Below are positions 27,919 through 40,525 of a DNA stretch of 64,000 nt, in pieces. Both the position numbers and the translations under genes were made by a program. Numbering within the stretch: position 1 is the first letter of the stretch; the number at the start of each line of letters is the position of its first letter. The stretch is from NCBI GenBank assembly GCA_951406725.2, contig OX597825.1, forward strand, positions 78,058,001-78,122,000, given 5' to 3'. The DNA is from Octopus vulgaris. Lineage: Eukaryota. The notes under the pieces were generated by a model. It had not been told where the DNA came from, ran no database searches, and saw only the letters and a list, made by a program, of their open reading frames with translations.

Positions 27919-29516
27919 TCTCTTATTATAAAAGGCAGATTTTATCTGCCTCCCTTTGGGAGTTATAGAAATCTACAATATAGGATTTCTTCAAGTACAA
28001 TTTACCTAGAATTTTTAAGAGTAGAATGCATCGGGTCATGCCAGGTCCAGTTTTTAAAATTTAAACTCCAATTAAGCAAAATTTACAGAAAACTCACATT
28101 CTGGTGTGTATGTCAAATGCTTTTCTTAGTCTGGTTTACAGCACACGCAAACGCACACACACATTGTGCAACGAATAAAATGAAAGTAAATAGCGACAGA
28201 GTGATTTGAGGAAGACTAAACTGAAAGTATTTAAACCACTACTCAAAAAATAAAGAAACACAGCAAACAGAAACAAATAAATACATAACGATTTACTCCT
28301 CACACAATTTCTTCAATTAGAGTGTACCCATGATTTTTCAGAGTACTTCAGTGGGTGATGCCATAAAAAATTTCTTTCAATTTTACCACCAATTAAGACA
28401 AAATTCGAGAAAACTCAATATTTTAACATATCACTCCGAAAGCATTGATGTACATGTGTGCGTGCGTGAGTGTGTGTGTGTCATTCCTCACACACACGCA
28501 TACACATACATATACAACTACATACAACTACATACAAACACGTGTGTGTTTGTTATTAGTAAAAAAGGCGCCAAAACACAACTCACTTATCATTCCAACA
28601 CATTTGCAAAGACACACGGACGGACAGAAAAGGTAAATTGGTTTTTATTATACTCTGTATATATTTTATTATATAATATTATATATAGATATATGTATAT
28701 ATAATTGCAGTATGAAACAGTGTTTATGTATAAACAGACGACACTTATATATAGTTATTATAATAAGAGATTAATAAATGTATGCATCCGTTTAACCCTT
28801 TCGTTACCAAGCCGCCCGAATTTACCTATTCATATTTAAATGAGAATATCAGAGCAAATCTCTTTAGTACATTCGTGAAAACACATATTATACTTCGTAA
28901 ACACTTCAACTACAGTTTTGTACAAAAATCGAAGTGTAATTTTAATTCTGTGAATTATGGGAGATTTTTTTCCGAAATTTGTTCCTATTGTGTTTTCAAA
29001 ATTTGTAATTCTGACAAAAAATGGATACGAATTTCATTATATCAAGCAGCGAGTCAGAATTCGAAGGATTTTCTACTGAAGACCTTCATAAATCTAACTC
29101 TATGACTGAAAAAAAAAAGCATCTTTATATAAGAGTGAAGTTGTGTGTCTGTCTCCTACGATTTAGATTCCTAACTACTCCCACATTTTGCGGTGCAGTT
29201 TAACCAAAAGCGGGTATCTTATAGTCGTGATTCATATCGAGCCCCTCTGGGTATTAGCGTGCGTCTACGATGAGTCTACGATTTAAAAAAAATTTACCAT
29301 CATATTTTTCCATTTTAATGCATTTTTTTCGCTTTTATATAAGGGAAGTAACTCTCTAAAAATATCTACGATGTGTCAACGATTTAAAAAAATATTTACC
29401 TTAACTTTTTTTCAATTTTTAATGCATTTTTTTGCTATTTTTTGGCTATAACTCTCTAAAAATGCTTATATAGTTATTTCCCTTACAACCCGAGCAACGC
29501 CGGGCGATACTGCTAG
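27919..29516 (+). mobile_element. Non-autonomous composite Helitron
   Basis: A|TCTCTTATTATAAAAG 5' end; 3' hairpin CCCG-AGCAACGC-CGGG then CTAG|T; second internal 5' end A|TCTTTATATAAG at 29122. Confidence 0.7.
28792..29120 (+). mobile_element. piggyBac-like left-end fragment
   Basis: TTAA|CCCTTTCGTTACC terminus followed by an acidic ORF start MDTNFIISSSESEFEGFSTEDL. Confidence 0.45.
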
Positions 29517-29771
29517 TAAATATATAAATGTATATATATATATATATAGACACACACACACACACATATATATATAGAGAGAGAGACATATACATAAAAC
29601 ATATGTGGATGATATTCATAACTATATTAGACATATTTGCCCCGACATGGCCGCAAACTAATGGCTGAAAGAAGTAAAAGTTAAAAGATATATTTATATG
29701 TATTATTATGCATTATGTATACACATATATGTTAGTATATTACAAATACATATATACATGCACACTTATCT

Positions 29772-29871
29772 NNNNNNNNNNNNNNNNNNNNNNNNNNNNN
29801 NNNNNNNNNNNNNNNNNNNNNNNNNNNNNNNNNNNNNNNNNNNNNNNNNNNNNNNNNNNNNNNNNNNNNNN
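29772..29871. other. Assembly gap (100 N)
   Basis: Direct reading. Confidence 1.
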
Positions 29872-30658
29872 TGCCTCAACCTAGGTACCGTATTCATATG
29901 AATTTAAATTTTTGCTTAACTCATCTACCAGACCCAAAGTGTACATATATATACATACATTCATACATACATACATACATACATACATACATACAGTTGA
30001 AATTTACGGGTAAACAAAAGACGAAGACAGGAGTATGAACAACAAGCGGGTGTATTAATTTGACGCTCGGGAAAGTGAGAAACACTTTTACGTTTCGAAC
30101 CTACGCTCTTCAAAAGAAAGGAATAAAGAGAAAATCTGCAAAGACATAATGAAAAGCAAAACTTGTGGATTTAACAGGTGTGTTAATGATAGCCATTATG
30201 TTTAGTCATAACCCCTTTTTGCTATAGATGCAAGACCTGAAATTTGTTGGGAGGGTACTAGTGGATTATAGTAACCCCGGTATTTCACTGGTACTTAAAT
30301 TACCGACCTCGAAAGGATGAAAGGCAAAGTCGACCTTGGCAGAATTTGAACTCAGAACGTAGCAACGGGCGGAATGCCACTAAGCATCTCGTCCAGCATC
30401 TTAACGATTCTGCCAGCTCACCACCGGGATATGTTTAGTTATAATAAAAAAAACGTTTACATTAATTTGAGGGATTACTCCGTATTTCTGTAGAGTATAC
30501 GTTTATTCTAGAAGGAGAATATTATTGACAGCGACTTCGAAGTCTCCGACGTTTCGGCCAGTCATTGACGGATGATGGATTGGCTTTGGCTGGCCCAAGA
30601 TTTTGGTAGAAGACCGGAACTATTTGGTCGGAAGAAAACTTAGCATGCAGCCTGCACC

Positions 30659-30737
<79 letters not shown>

Positions 30738-30774
30738 CACATATATATGTACATACATACATATATATATATAT

Positions 30775-30873
<99 letters not shown>

Positions 30874-32741
30874 CACATATATATGTATATCTCTTATTAT
30901 AAAAGGCAGATTTTATCTGCCTCCCTTTGGGAGTTATAGAAATCTACAATATAGGATTTCTTCAAGTACAATTTACCTAGAATTTTTAAGAGTAGAATGC
31001 ATCGGGTCATGCCAGGTCCAGTTTTTAAAATTTAAACTCCAATTAAGCAAAATTTACAGAAAACTCACATTCTGGTGTGTATGTCAAATGCTTTTCTTAG
31101 TCTGGTTTACAGCACACGCAAACGCACACACACATTGTGCAACGAATAAAATGAAAGTAAATAGCGACAGAGTGATTTGAGGAAGACTAAACTGAAAGTA
31201 TTTAAACCACTACTCAAAAAATAAAGAAACACAGCAAACAGAAACAAATAAATACATAACGATTTACTCCTCACACAATTTCTTCAATTAGAGTGTACCC
31301 ATGATTTTTCAGAGTACTTCAGTGGGTGATGCCATAAAAAATTTCTTTCAATTTTACCACCAATTAAGACAAAATTCGAGAAAACTCAATATTTTAACAT
31401 ATCACTCCGAAAGCATTGATGTACATGTGTGCGTGCGTGAGTGTGTGTGTGTCATTCCTCACACACACGCATACACATACATATACAACTACATACAACT
31501 ACATACAAACACGTGTGTGTTTGTTATTAGTAAAAAAGGCGCCAAAACACAACTCACTTATCATTCCAACACATTTGCAAAGACACACGGACGGACAGAA
31601 AAGGTAAATTGGTTTTTATTATACTCTGTATATATTTTATTATATAATATTATATATAGATATATGTATATATAATTGCAGTATGAAACAGTGTTTATGT
31701 ATAAACAGACGACACTTATATATAGTTATTATAATAAGAGATTAATAAATGTATGCATCCGTTTAACCCTTTCGTTACCAAGCCGCCCGAATTTACCTAT
31801 TCATATTTAAATGAGAATATCAGAGCAAATCTCTTTAGTACATTCGTGAAAACACATATTATACTTCGTAAACACTTCAACTACAGTTTTGTACAAAAAT
31901 CGAAGTGTAATTTTAATTCTGTGAATTATGGGAGATTTTTTTCCGAAATTTGTTCCTATTGTGTTTTCAAAATTTGTAATTCTGACAAAAAATGGATACG
32001 AATTTCATTATATCAAGCAGCGAGTCAGAATTCGAAGGATTTTCTACTGAAGACCTTCATAAATCTAACTCTATGACTGAAAAAAAAAAGCATCTTTATA
32101 TAAGAGTGAAGTTGTGTGTCTGTCTCCTACGATTTAGATTCCTAACTACTCCCACATTTTGCGGTGCAGTTTAACCAAAAGCGGGTATCTTATAGTCGTG
32201 ATTCATATCGAGCCCCTCTGGGTATTAGCGTGCGTCTACGATGAGTCTACGATTTAAAAAAAATTTACCATCATATTTTTCCATTTTAATGCATTTTTTT
32301 CGCTTTTATATAAGGGAAGTAACTCTCTAAAAATATCTACGATGTGTCAACGATTTAAAAAATATTTACCTTAACTTTTTTTCAATTTTTAATGCATTTT
32401 TTTGCTATTTTTTGGCTATAACTCTCTAAAAATGCTTATATAGTTATTTCCCTTACAACCCGAGCAACGCCGGGCGATACTGCTAGTAAATATATAAATG
32501 TATATATATATATATATAGACACACACACACACACATATATATATAGAGAGAGAGACATATACATAAAACATATGTGGATGATATTCATAACTATATTAG
32601 ACATATTTGCCCCGACATGGCCGCAAACTAATGGCTGAAAGAAGTAAAAGTTAAAAGATATATTTATATGTATTATTATGCATTATGTATACACATATAT
32701 GTTAGTATATTACAAATACATATATACATGCACACTTATCT
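29872..32741 (+). repeat. Copy 2 of the duplication (includes Helitron copy 30890-32486; lacks the MITE)
   Basis: Starts immediately after the gap, colinear with 26645-29771. Confidence 0.95.
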
Positions 32742-33169
32742 TTGTTTGTGTGTGTGTGTGCGTGTGTGTGTGTGCGTGTGTGTACGTGTGTGTGTGTATG
32801 TGTCTAAGATGGCAGACATATTCCACTTAAAAAAGAAAAAATCTAAGTTTGGCAAATGCAAAGTTTTTATTAACACATGACATGATTCTAGAAACAACAG
32901 ATGGTGAAAGGTGAGGTGTGCGATGGCGCTCATTGGTGGCAGCGGCTGCTCTGGTGGTGGTGGTGGAGGTGGTGGTCGTGGTGGTGGTGGTGGTGGTAGC
33001 CGGGTTGAATGTGGGAATGTGGCTTGAAATTCTAAATAAAAGTGCTTTAACTTACAACATGGAGTTTGCTAACGCACACACACACACAAACATACTTGCA
33101 TAGATATATGTATGTGTGTGCGTGCATGTGTGCATATGTGTATGTATATACATATCTATACATGTATAC

Positions 33170-33217
<48 letters not shown>

Positions 33218-33219
33218 AG

Positions 33220-33270
<51 letters not shown>

Positions 33271-33276
33271 CATATA

Positions 33277-33325
<49 letters not shown>

Positions 33326-33454
33326 TAGAAGAAGAATGTTTATAATAATGAACAAGTCACAGTTATAACTGCGAGCTTCAAAACCCTTACATGTTGTGAA
33401 ATGCTTTTAGTTATGATGGTGACTTCAGAATTATAAACATTCTTCTTGTATTTT

Positions 33455-33523
<69 letters not shown>

Positions 33524-33874
33524 CGGAGATGTACTTGTATAGCAAGTGACTTGATCTGAGATCGTGTGCTGAAACAAAAACAGTTGCAGCGTGGAAGGTG
33601 TTTATAAGAAACACACAAAAACCGTTAGATCCACTATATTTTCGTCGCTTTCAGACCGCGACATGTTCACTAGCAAAATTCCGTGCTGCATTACGGAATA
33701 AAGGTGGCCATTTGCATTTTAAACACCAAAATGCACAAGTTTAATCGTTACTAAAGGTTGCAAATCAGCAGAAGTATTGCTAGAAATAAGAGTCATAACA
33801 AATCTTAACCTTGAGAATAGCATTTATCTACTGACTGACAAGGGAGGACAACTTCTCTACAGTAAGCGAGGAGA

Positions 33875-33920
33875 GTCAAATCATCGATGATTCCGGATTG
33901 AGTTAATCCTCATCAGTGAC
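33875..33920 (-). ncRNA. Type I hammerhead ribozyme motif
   Basis: Minus strand GTCA-CTGATGA-GGATT(AACTC)AATCC-GGAA-TCATCGATGA-TT-TGAC; all three stems perfect, one core change (GAAA to GGAA). Confidence 0.72.
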
Positions 33921-34084
33921 ATTTCTTTCTGAAGAATACGTTTGAGTTTTCTCAACATATGAAAGTTTTATTAGCGATTTAACGCATGTTTTGTGACCTT
34001 TAAATAAATAATATTTATCTCTCATCAGATGGAGTACTTTTTTTGTTGAAATTTCTATCATGGATTAATACATTATATATATGC

Positions 34085-34385
34085 ATACATGAGTAAACAA
34101 CGAAAAAAATGGAAAACAGGACAAGTTAACAAAGCAAGAACCCTTGATCATTTGTCGGTTATCTGCTCTTCATTTTGAGCATTCAACAACAATATGAGTC
34201 TTGAGAGACAGTTACTCCCATTAATTCTAAAATATAATTTAGGATTTATGGAGGGTCAGTCTTGGGAACAAAAGCAGGACAGTGGAAACATACGAGGAAA
34301 CCGAACGAAAACAAACATGGAGGGTCGTTGGACCAGAACGAGAGGAAAATAGTGAACGCTGGGAGAAACGGTTTTTTGAAAAGAG
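34085..34385. mobile_element. Diverged relative of family H
   Basis: AAACAACGAAAAAAAT...ACAGGACAA, AAAATATAATTTAGGATTTATGGAGGG, AACAAAAGCAGGACAGT, CCGAACGAAAA in the same order as 36180-36460. Confidence 0.5.
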
Positions 34386-35169
34386 ATATATGAGTGCATG
34401 TATGTATGTATGTATGTATGTATGTATGTATGTATGCATGTATGTATGCATGTATGTATGCATGTATGCATGTATGTATGCATGTATGCATGTATGTATG
34501 CATGTATGTATGTATGTATGTATGTATGTATGTATGTATGTATATACTCATTAATCAATAATACTACCTCTACATGGATGAATGTGTTACTAGAAATAAT
34601 AACAAAATCTCGTTCAGAACATATCTATCAGTATAGCGTAAGATACTTTGTGTAAAATGTCGAATAAAGAAAAAGCATCTTAATGATCAGGGCTTGATTG
34701 TCTTTGGTCTTAGGTCTACACAGCCAGATTTTTCCAAGGGCTAAAGAACAGCAGAAGTTCATTTAAACAACGGTACAGTCCTAAGTCTTTGCAGCAACTC
34801 GGTTTCGTTTCCAGCTGAAAGACTTATCCGTTTTATGGAAGACTTAAATATCCTTGTGACAAGTCGACAGGTAAACATCTATACGATAGCTAGTCATGCT
34901 AGAAATAATAGTAACCAAATCACTTTGCTGCGTTGTAAAAGAAAGTTTATGTTTGATACTGTGGTCTTGTGTTCGGTTTATCGAAGGAAAAGCCACGGAT
35001 GGAATGCCCCCTGGTATATGTCTGCTCTGTGAGAGCTGACTGGAGACCAAGCACCAACAACAATACTACATTCGGGAAAGGCATTAATGTCACACAAGCT
35101 TCAATCAACACCAACACCACCACTACTCTTACCACCTTCATCACCACTCTCTCCAGTATTACCCTAAAT

Positions 35170-35378
35170 AAGTCGATTGAATGGGCAGGCCTCTATGTAT
35201 TCGTTTGACCTGTTAAAAATAGCAGCTAATCACACTGAAATCTCGGCCTACCGCCTTATAAAAGGATTTGTTGAATAATGTATTACTGAAAAAAAAAGGC
35301 AAAATGATCACGGCTGGAATGTCTTTAATGATAAGTTTACTCAATTAAAGCTGGCCTGGGGCTAAACAACAACACCAA
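35170..35378 (+). mobile_element. Old retroposon 3' end with (AAC)n tail
   Basis: AAATAGCAGCTAATC motif (related TAGAAATA.. motifs at about 33780, 34590, 34900, 56790, 56932) and end GGGGCTAAACAACAACA. Confidence 0.45.
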
Positions 35379-35959
35379 AACAATGATAAGATCCAAAATA
35401 TGTTTAGACCTGGTGTCTGCTTAAATGAAGCAATCGCTAGAGCACTTCCGTTTAATCTCTTCCTGTTGTATTTTATTAGTGTAAACAACGACCGGAAGCG
35501 GATATAGTATTCCTCTGTATGAAATATAAAAAACAAACTGTAAACAGAATTAAACCACAACACACCAAGAACCAAAATAAAACATCACCGGAAACCTCTC
35601 GAATTAACAAGGGAAGTAATACCCGAACCACCGAAAGGAGTCACAATGCGATCGTTCGGGCTGCGAGACATCGAGACACAGCAGTGAAATATCTCTCAAA
35701 TTACAATCTACGTTCTTTAAATAGAGAAGAACACAGTGCCTCAGAGTTCCTTTTCACCGGTGAATCGCATGTATCATAAAAGTACATTATTTAAAGGGAA
35801 TGAGGTGTTCCCTGACGACGAAAAACAACAGCTGTCAGATAGCCATGCCAGAACTACACACATATGTATGTATATATATATACATGTATAATTATAAGCT
35901 TAAAGCTTATAATTATTATCATAATTATTTATAGAATTATTACTCGTCACTGCTTCTCC

Positions 35960-36019
<60 letters not shown>

Positions 36020-36025
<6 letters not shown>

Positions 36026-36473
36026 TAAATAAAGCATATGCATATATATATATACATATATGTACGTACCTACCTCTACATGTATATATACACGCTTATA
36101 TGAGTACAGGACACCAAACAAACGTCGAACACAATGAGAAACGAAAACATAGACACAAACCCAAGGAACTGGACATTTTTCTTAAACAACAAAAAAATTA
36201 GAGTACAGGACAAATAACACAAGGAAAAAACCCCTTCTTCAGTCGCCATGGGTTCATCTACTCTACGTTTCGAAGGTGAAGGCGAGACGTATCTTCGATA
36301 GAAACTTTCCTTCCTGCGAAAAGCAAATCAAATAAAATTTGAGATCTTTTTGCAGAGGGGTAAAAATGGTAACAAAAACAGGACAGTAACGACAGTACAA
36401 AATATAAGCATTAAAAGACAGGACAAGGAAAATAACAAGACAAGAAAAGCCGAACGAAAAAACGTATTACGAA

Positions 36474-36476
<3 letters not shown>
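36020..36476. mobile_element. Family H dispersed repeat in (TA)n
   Basis: Highly similar to 13455-13870. Confidence 0.85.
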
Positions 36477-36524
<48 letters not shown>

Positions 36525-37141
36525 AAACACCATATTATATGAGTATTCATACATACACGCATATAATGTTTACAGACAAACCGCTGCATAACACGCACGC
36601 ACACACACACACACACACATACACAAACATACACACACACAACGCCCATGTCAGATAATCTGCCGAACATATTGGGAATGAATCGATACATTAAGGTTTC
36701 AATTCTTGCTGTTCTGCGTGCCATCATCGTCATGCAGCGCGCTTTTTACAGTTCGTCGATGCCATTACAACAAAAGCATTCCCGATTAAGCGTGAATTCT
36801 CAGATGAAGCCATAGCGTTATTTTATACTGACTTTCCTATGGTGCTTTATTAGCAGAGGTACTAGCGAGGTTTAGTATTGCCTTCCCCAACTGGAATGTT
36901 GTTGGCCCACGAGGAGCTCGTCCGTCCTTTGACAGGTCTTGTTTTTAGTTTTGTTGGGTGTCCAGATACCCTCCTCACAAGACTGTCAAGCTATTCAAGT
37001 GAGGGAGCCAGCTTAGTTACTGACCACTCAATCATGAAGCTGATAGTTCTGATTTACACGGTACCAGTAGCAGGTCTCGTCGGCCCATGGTGAGAGCCCT
37101 GATCTGATTGGATTTTCATTAATTATTTTCTGTTTGCATCT

Positions 37142-37790
37142 CATTAATTATTTTCTGCTGGACGGACATCAGAATGCATCATCAAATAATTTGTTCACCG
37201 ATTTTTGTGAACAAGAGTTCGTGCTCTTGTGAAATTCCTCGATCCAGTGAGGTAGCTTTGACTGAAGAGACAAAACGAGGTCGAAACACCGCAGTATCTC
37301 ACTGAACCAGTGTGTTATAAACACATAATCTAAAGGGAGGAAGTATTTTCCGATGGCAAGAAGCAACAGCGATCTGATATTCATGCGTGAATGTACCAGC
37401 ACGTATTAAAAATCAATAGACACGTTATTATTTGGACTCTCTCATTTGTGCATGCACCTCATTAATTATTATCTGTTTGACAGACGGCAGCACGTGTTAG
37501 CAAATAACCTGTTCGCTGACGTCTATCAACAAGAGCCTTTATTCTTGCTAGATGCATCGACCAGTGTGATACTTTGACTGAGAAGACACACAATAGGGAC
37601 GAAACACCGCAATGTCTTAAAGTCCCCTTACACCGGTGAATCACTTGTGGCATGAACATTTATTGTCTCACAGGAGGTGTTCTCTGCTGACGGAAAACAA
37701 CAGCGATAAGAGGATCACGTTCGAATTTACCATAACGTATTAGGAATAAGTAGTTAAGTTATTGTGTGGATTGTCACTGTTCTGCAAGCG
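37142..37790 (+). repeat. Diverged tandem repeat of a ~317-bp unit, each with a hammerhead motif (retrozyme-like)
   Basis: Units start CATTAATTATT at 37142 and 37460; shared CAAATAA..TGTTC, AACAAGAG, CCAGTG, CTTTGACTGA, CGAAACACCGCA, CAACAGCGAT. Confidence 0.75.
37245..37304 (+). ncRNA. Type I hammerhead ribozyme with bulged, extended stem I
   Basis: CAGTGA-(bulge)-GA-CTGAAGA-GAC(8 nt)GTC-GAAAC-ACCGCA-GTA-TC-TCACTG; intact core, GUA triplet. Confidence 0.72.
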
Positions 37791-38154
37791 GCCCGTGAAT
37801 TCTTTGAGACGTCTTAACGCGTTATCCAAATCGGCGGAACCCATAGATCTGTTGTAAAGTATTTATTAGCCCTGTTACCTTAAAACCTTAAAAAGCAAAT
37901 TCTTCACATTCCAAAAACAAAGACAGAAAAAAGAAAGAAACAAAGTTATTTAAAGTGCCACAGCAATTTTAGGGGACCAGGTACGATTTCAGTCGATAAA
38001 TGCCAAGTCCCATAAACTTTGCAAGACCGACGCAGGAAGTGAGAAATAAAAATATGTTTATACTATGAAGACCTGAATTAATGTTCTTCTTGTGTTCTTC
38101 CTGCCATTTTGGACATTCCTCAAATATCAGGTTTGAAGACAGACAGCTTACAGC

Positions 38155-38281
38155 CATCATCATCATCACAATCATCATCATCATCATCATCATAAACATC
38201 ATCATCGTCACCATCATCATCATCGTCACCATCATCATCATCGTCACCATCATCATCATCGTCACCATCATCATCATCGTC

Positions 38282-38312
<31 letters not shown>

Positions 38313-38315
38313 TCG

Positions 38316-38352
<37 letters not shown>

Positions 38353-38608
38353 TATCATTATCATTAACATCATCTCCGTCACCGTCGTTATGAGTGTCAT
38401 CCACACCATCATCATTATCATCATCACCATCATCATTGCAGCCATCATTCTCCGCCTCCCTTTCCCCTTCTCCTCCTCCTCATCATCATTACCAAAGTAT
38501 CCATCACTGTCAACATAAACGTCGTCGTCGTCATCGTCATCATCATCATCATCATCACCACCACCACCACCACCACCACCATCATCATCATCATCGTCGT
38601 CGTCGTGG

Positions 38609-38658
<50 letters not shown>

Positions 38659-38695
38659 AACATCATCATCCTTTCTACTGCTGCTGCTGCTGCTA
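38155..38695. repeat. (CAT)n-based compound microsatellite with an 18-bp higher-order unit
   Basis: Direct reading; (ATCATCATCATCGTCACC)n at about 38195-38285. Confidence 0.95.
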
Positions 38696-38984
38696 CCGTT
38701 TTACCATTACCAGTTCCTAATTACCGTGACAGAACGAATTCAATTAAAGATAGAATTCCACTGCCAAAGTATACTTTACTTCCACCTCCCTCCCCCAAAC
38801 CTGTCTGCCTGTCTACCGATCTCCCTCTTTTCCTCTTCTTCTCCCCCTTTTCCTCTCTCTAAGAACTCGCTGCTACCAAATTTGGTGCTACCTCTTCTAC
38901 CATAACGTAAACAATTAGTTTTTGTTGAATGTATACAGGACTTTTACACCAACACACACACACACATATATATACCAACACACG

Positions 38985-39018
<34 letters not shown>

Positions 39019-39224
39019 ACGCCCATGTGTTAAAGATAATTCCATCTCTGTTCTTCGACCGTTTCAACTAAGTCACGTCAATTCTCCACCATTCCTAAAG
39101 ATCCCCGAAATTAAAATTGCTTACTTTGCGACGATTCCGTTAATTCTTCTTTAATTAAATCCACAAACACCAACAACCACAAAAACAACACTACAATAAT
39201 AATAATAACAATAACAACAACAAC

Positions 39225-39293
<69 letters not shown>

Positions 39294-39765
39294 TGGTATA
39301 AAAGATGGACTACAGCAAATATTCTGCTCAATACCACAGATTTGCTTGTCAGTGTTTGACCATAACCAGTTGAGCATGTCCCTTAGTGGCTGACGATATG
39401 TGCATCTCTGATCACGAGCAGAAGTAGTGGGGGAGCATCATAGCCATGTGTTGAGAGGAATATTCTTTGGGGTTTGAATAATTCACCTCTGGAAACATGG
39501 GTGGTTCTTTCAACATCCTTAAACAACCCTTATTCAGGGACCTTTTGAGCAGGATGGGCTACTCAACCTGAAGAAAATTCTAACTGGGCCCCACCTGCAA
39601 GGTCATGTGCTGTTTATCTTGGTATGAGATCACCATGTCGCGCACATATGGTTGTGATGCATGTGCCTGGTGTACCCTTATCAGACGGGTAGTCATGATG
39701 GGTATACTGGGCCTCGTATATTTTACCCCGGTGTCACTTTGATGGCATGAACTGCTCTCTCACTC
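39294..39765 (+). mobile_element. 3' UTR of an (AAT)n-associated non-LTR retrotransposon (family E, possibly Dong/R4-like)
   Basis: Colinear with 44501-44923; common 3' end CTCTCTCACTC-(AAT)n; (AAT)n on both sides. Confidence 0.8.
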
Positions 39766-39842
<77 letters not shown>

Positions 39843-39844
39843 TA

Positions 39845-40525
39845 GTTTTTGACGCGGTTCAAAGCCAACAACTTTGAGGTGAGAGGCTGGTCGATATTAA
39901 CGGCCCCAGTACTTTTACTTACTTTCTTTTCTGAAGCTGACCTCGGCGGAATTTGAACTTAAAACGTAAAGTGCCCGAAGAAATACCGTAAGCTTATTTT
40001 TGCCGACATTTTATCGACACTTCCATCTTGCTGACCTTTAATGATCTTAAGTTTAGCCAACGGCCCCAGCGTTGAGTATTTCTAAATTTTATCGACACCG
40101 AAAAATATAAAAGGAAATGTTGCCACTGAAATGATTTGAACTAACTGTAAATCCGAGAGAAATTCTTTTTCCGACGCCCTATCGATTCTGCCACCTTGTC
40201 ATACGGCTTTCAAATTTTGACACAAGGCCAGCAAGTTCATGGAAGAGCGTCAGTCGATTACATTGACCTTGTTGCTCATGTGGTTCTTATTTTTTATTGA
40301 ATCAGAAAGGTTGAGATGCAAAGTCGACCTCGGCGGCATCTGAACTCAGAACGTAAAGACGGACGAAATGCCATTAAGCATTTCGTCCAGCGTGCTAACG
40401 GTTCAGCCAGCTCGCCGTCTTAAGACCCCTTCTGATATTGCTTTCTAAGATGTACAATTCCAGCGAATTTCGTGAAAAGGTTTTAACCGATACCATCTCC
40501 CACAGTACTTGACTGGTACTTTATT
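39845..40525 (-). mobile_element. Tandem cluster of 3-4 degenerate SINE B copies
   Basis: Repeated GACCTCGGCGG..TGAACT / TTTGAACT blocks at about 39940, 40135, 40325. Confidence 0.7.

Larger units (their letters stand above)
26645..29771 (+). repeat. Copy 1 of a ~3 kb direct duplication flanking the gap
   Basis: Colinear with 29872-32741; ends exactly at the N run. Confidence 0.95.

Noticed and set aside
37142-37790. CRISPR-like or prokaryotic repeat array
   Set aside because: No short constant repeats with unique spacers anywhere; the window is eukaryotic repeat DNA
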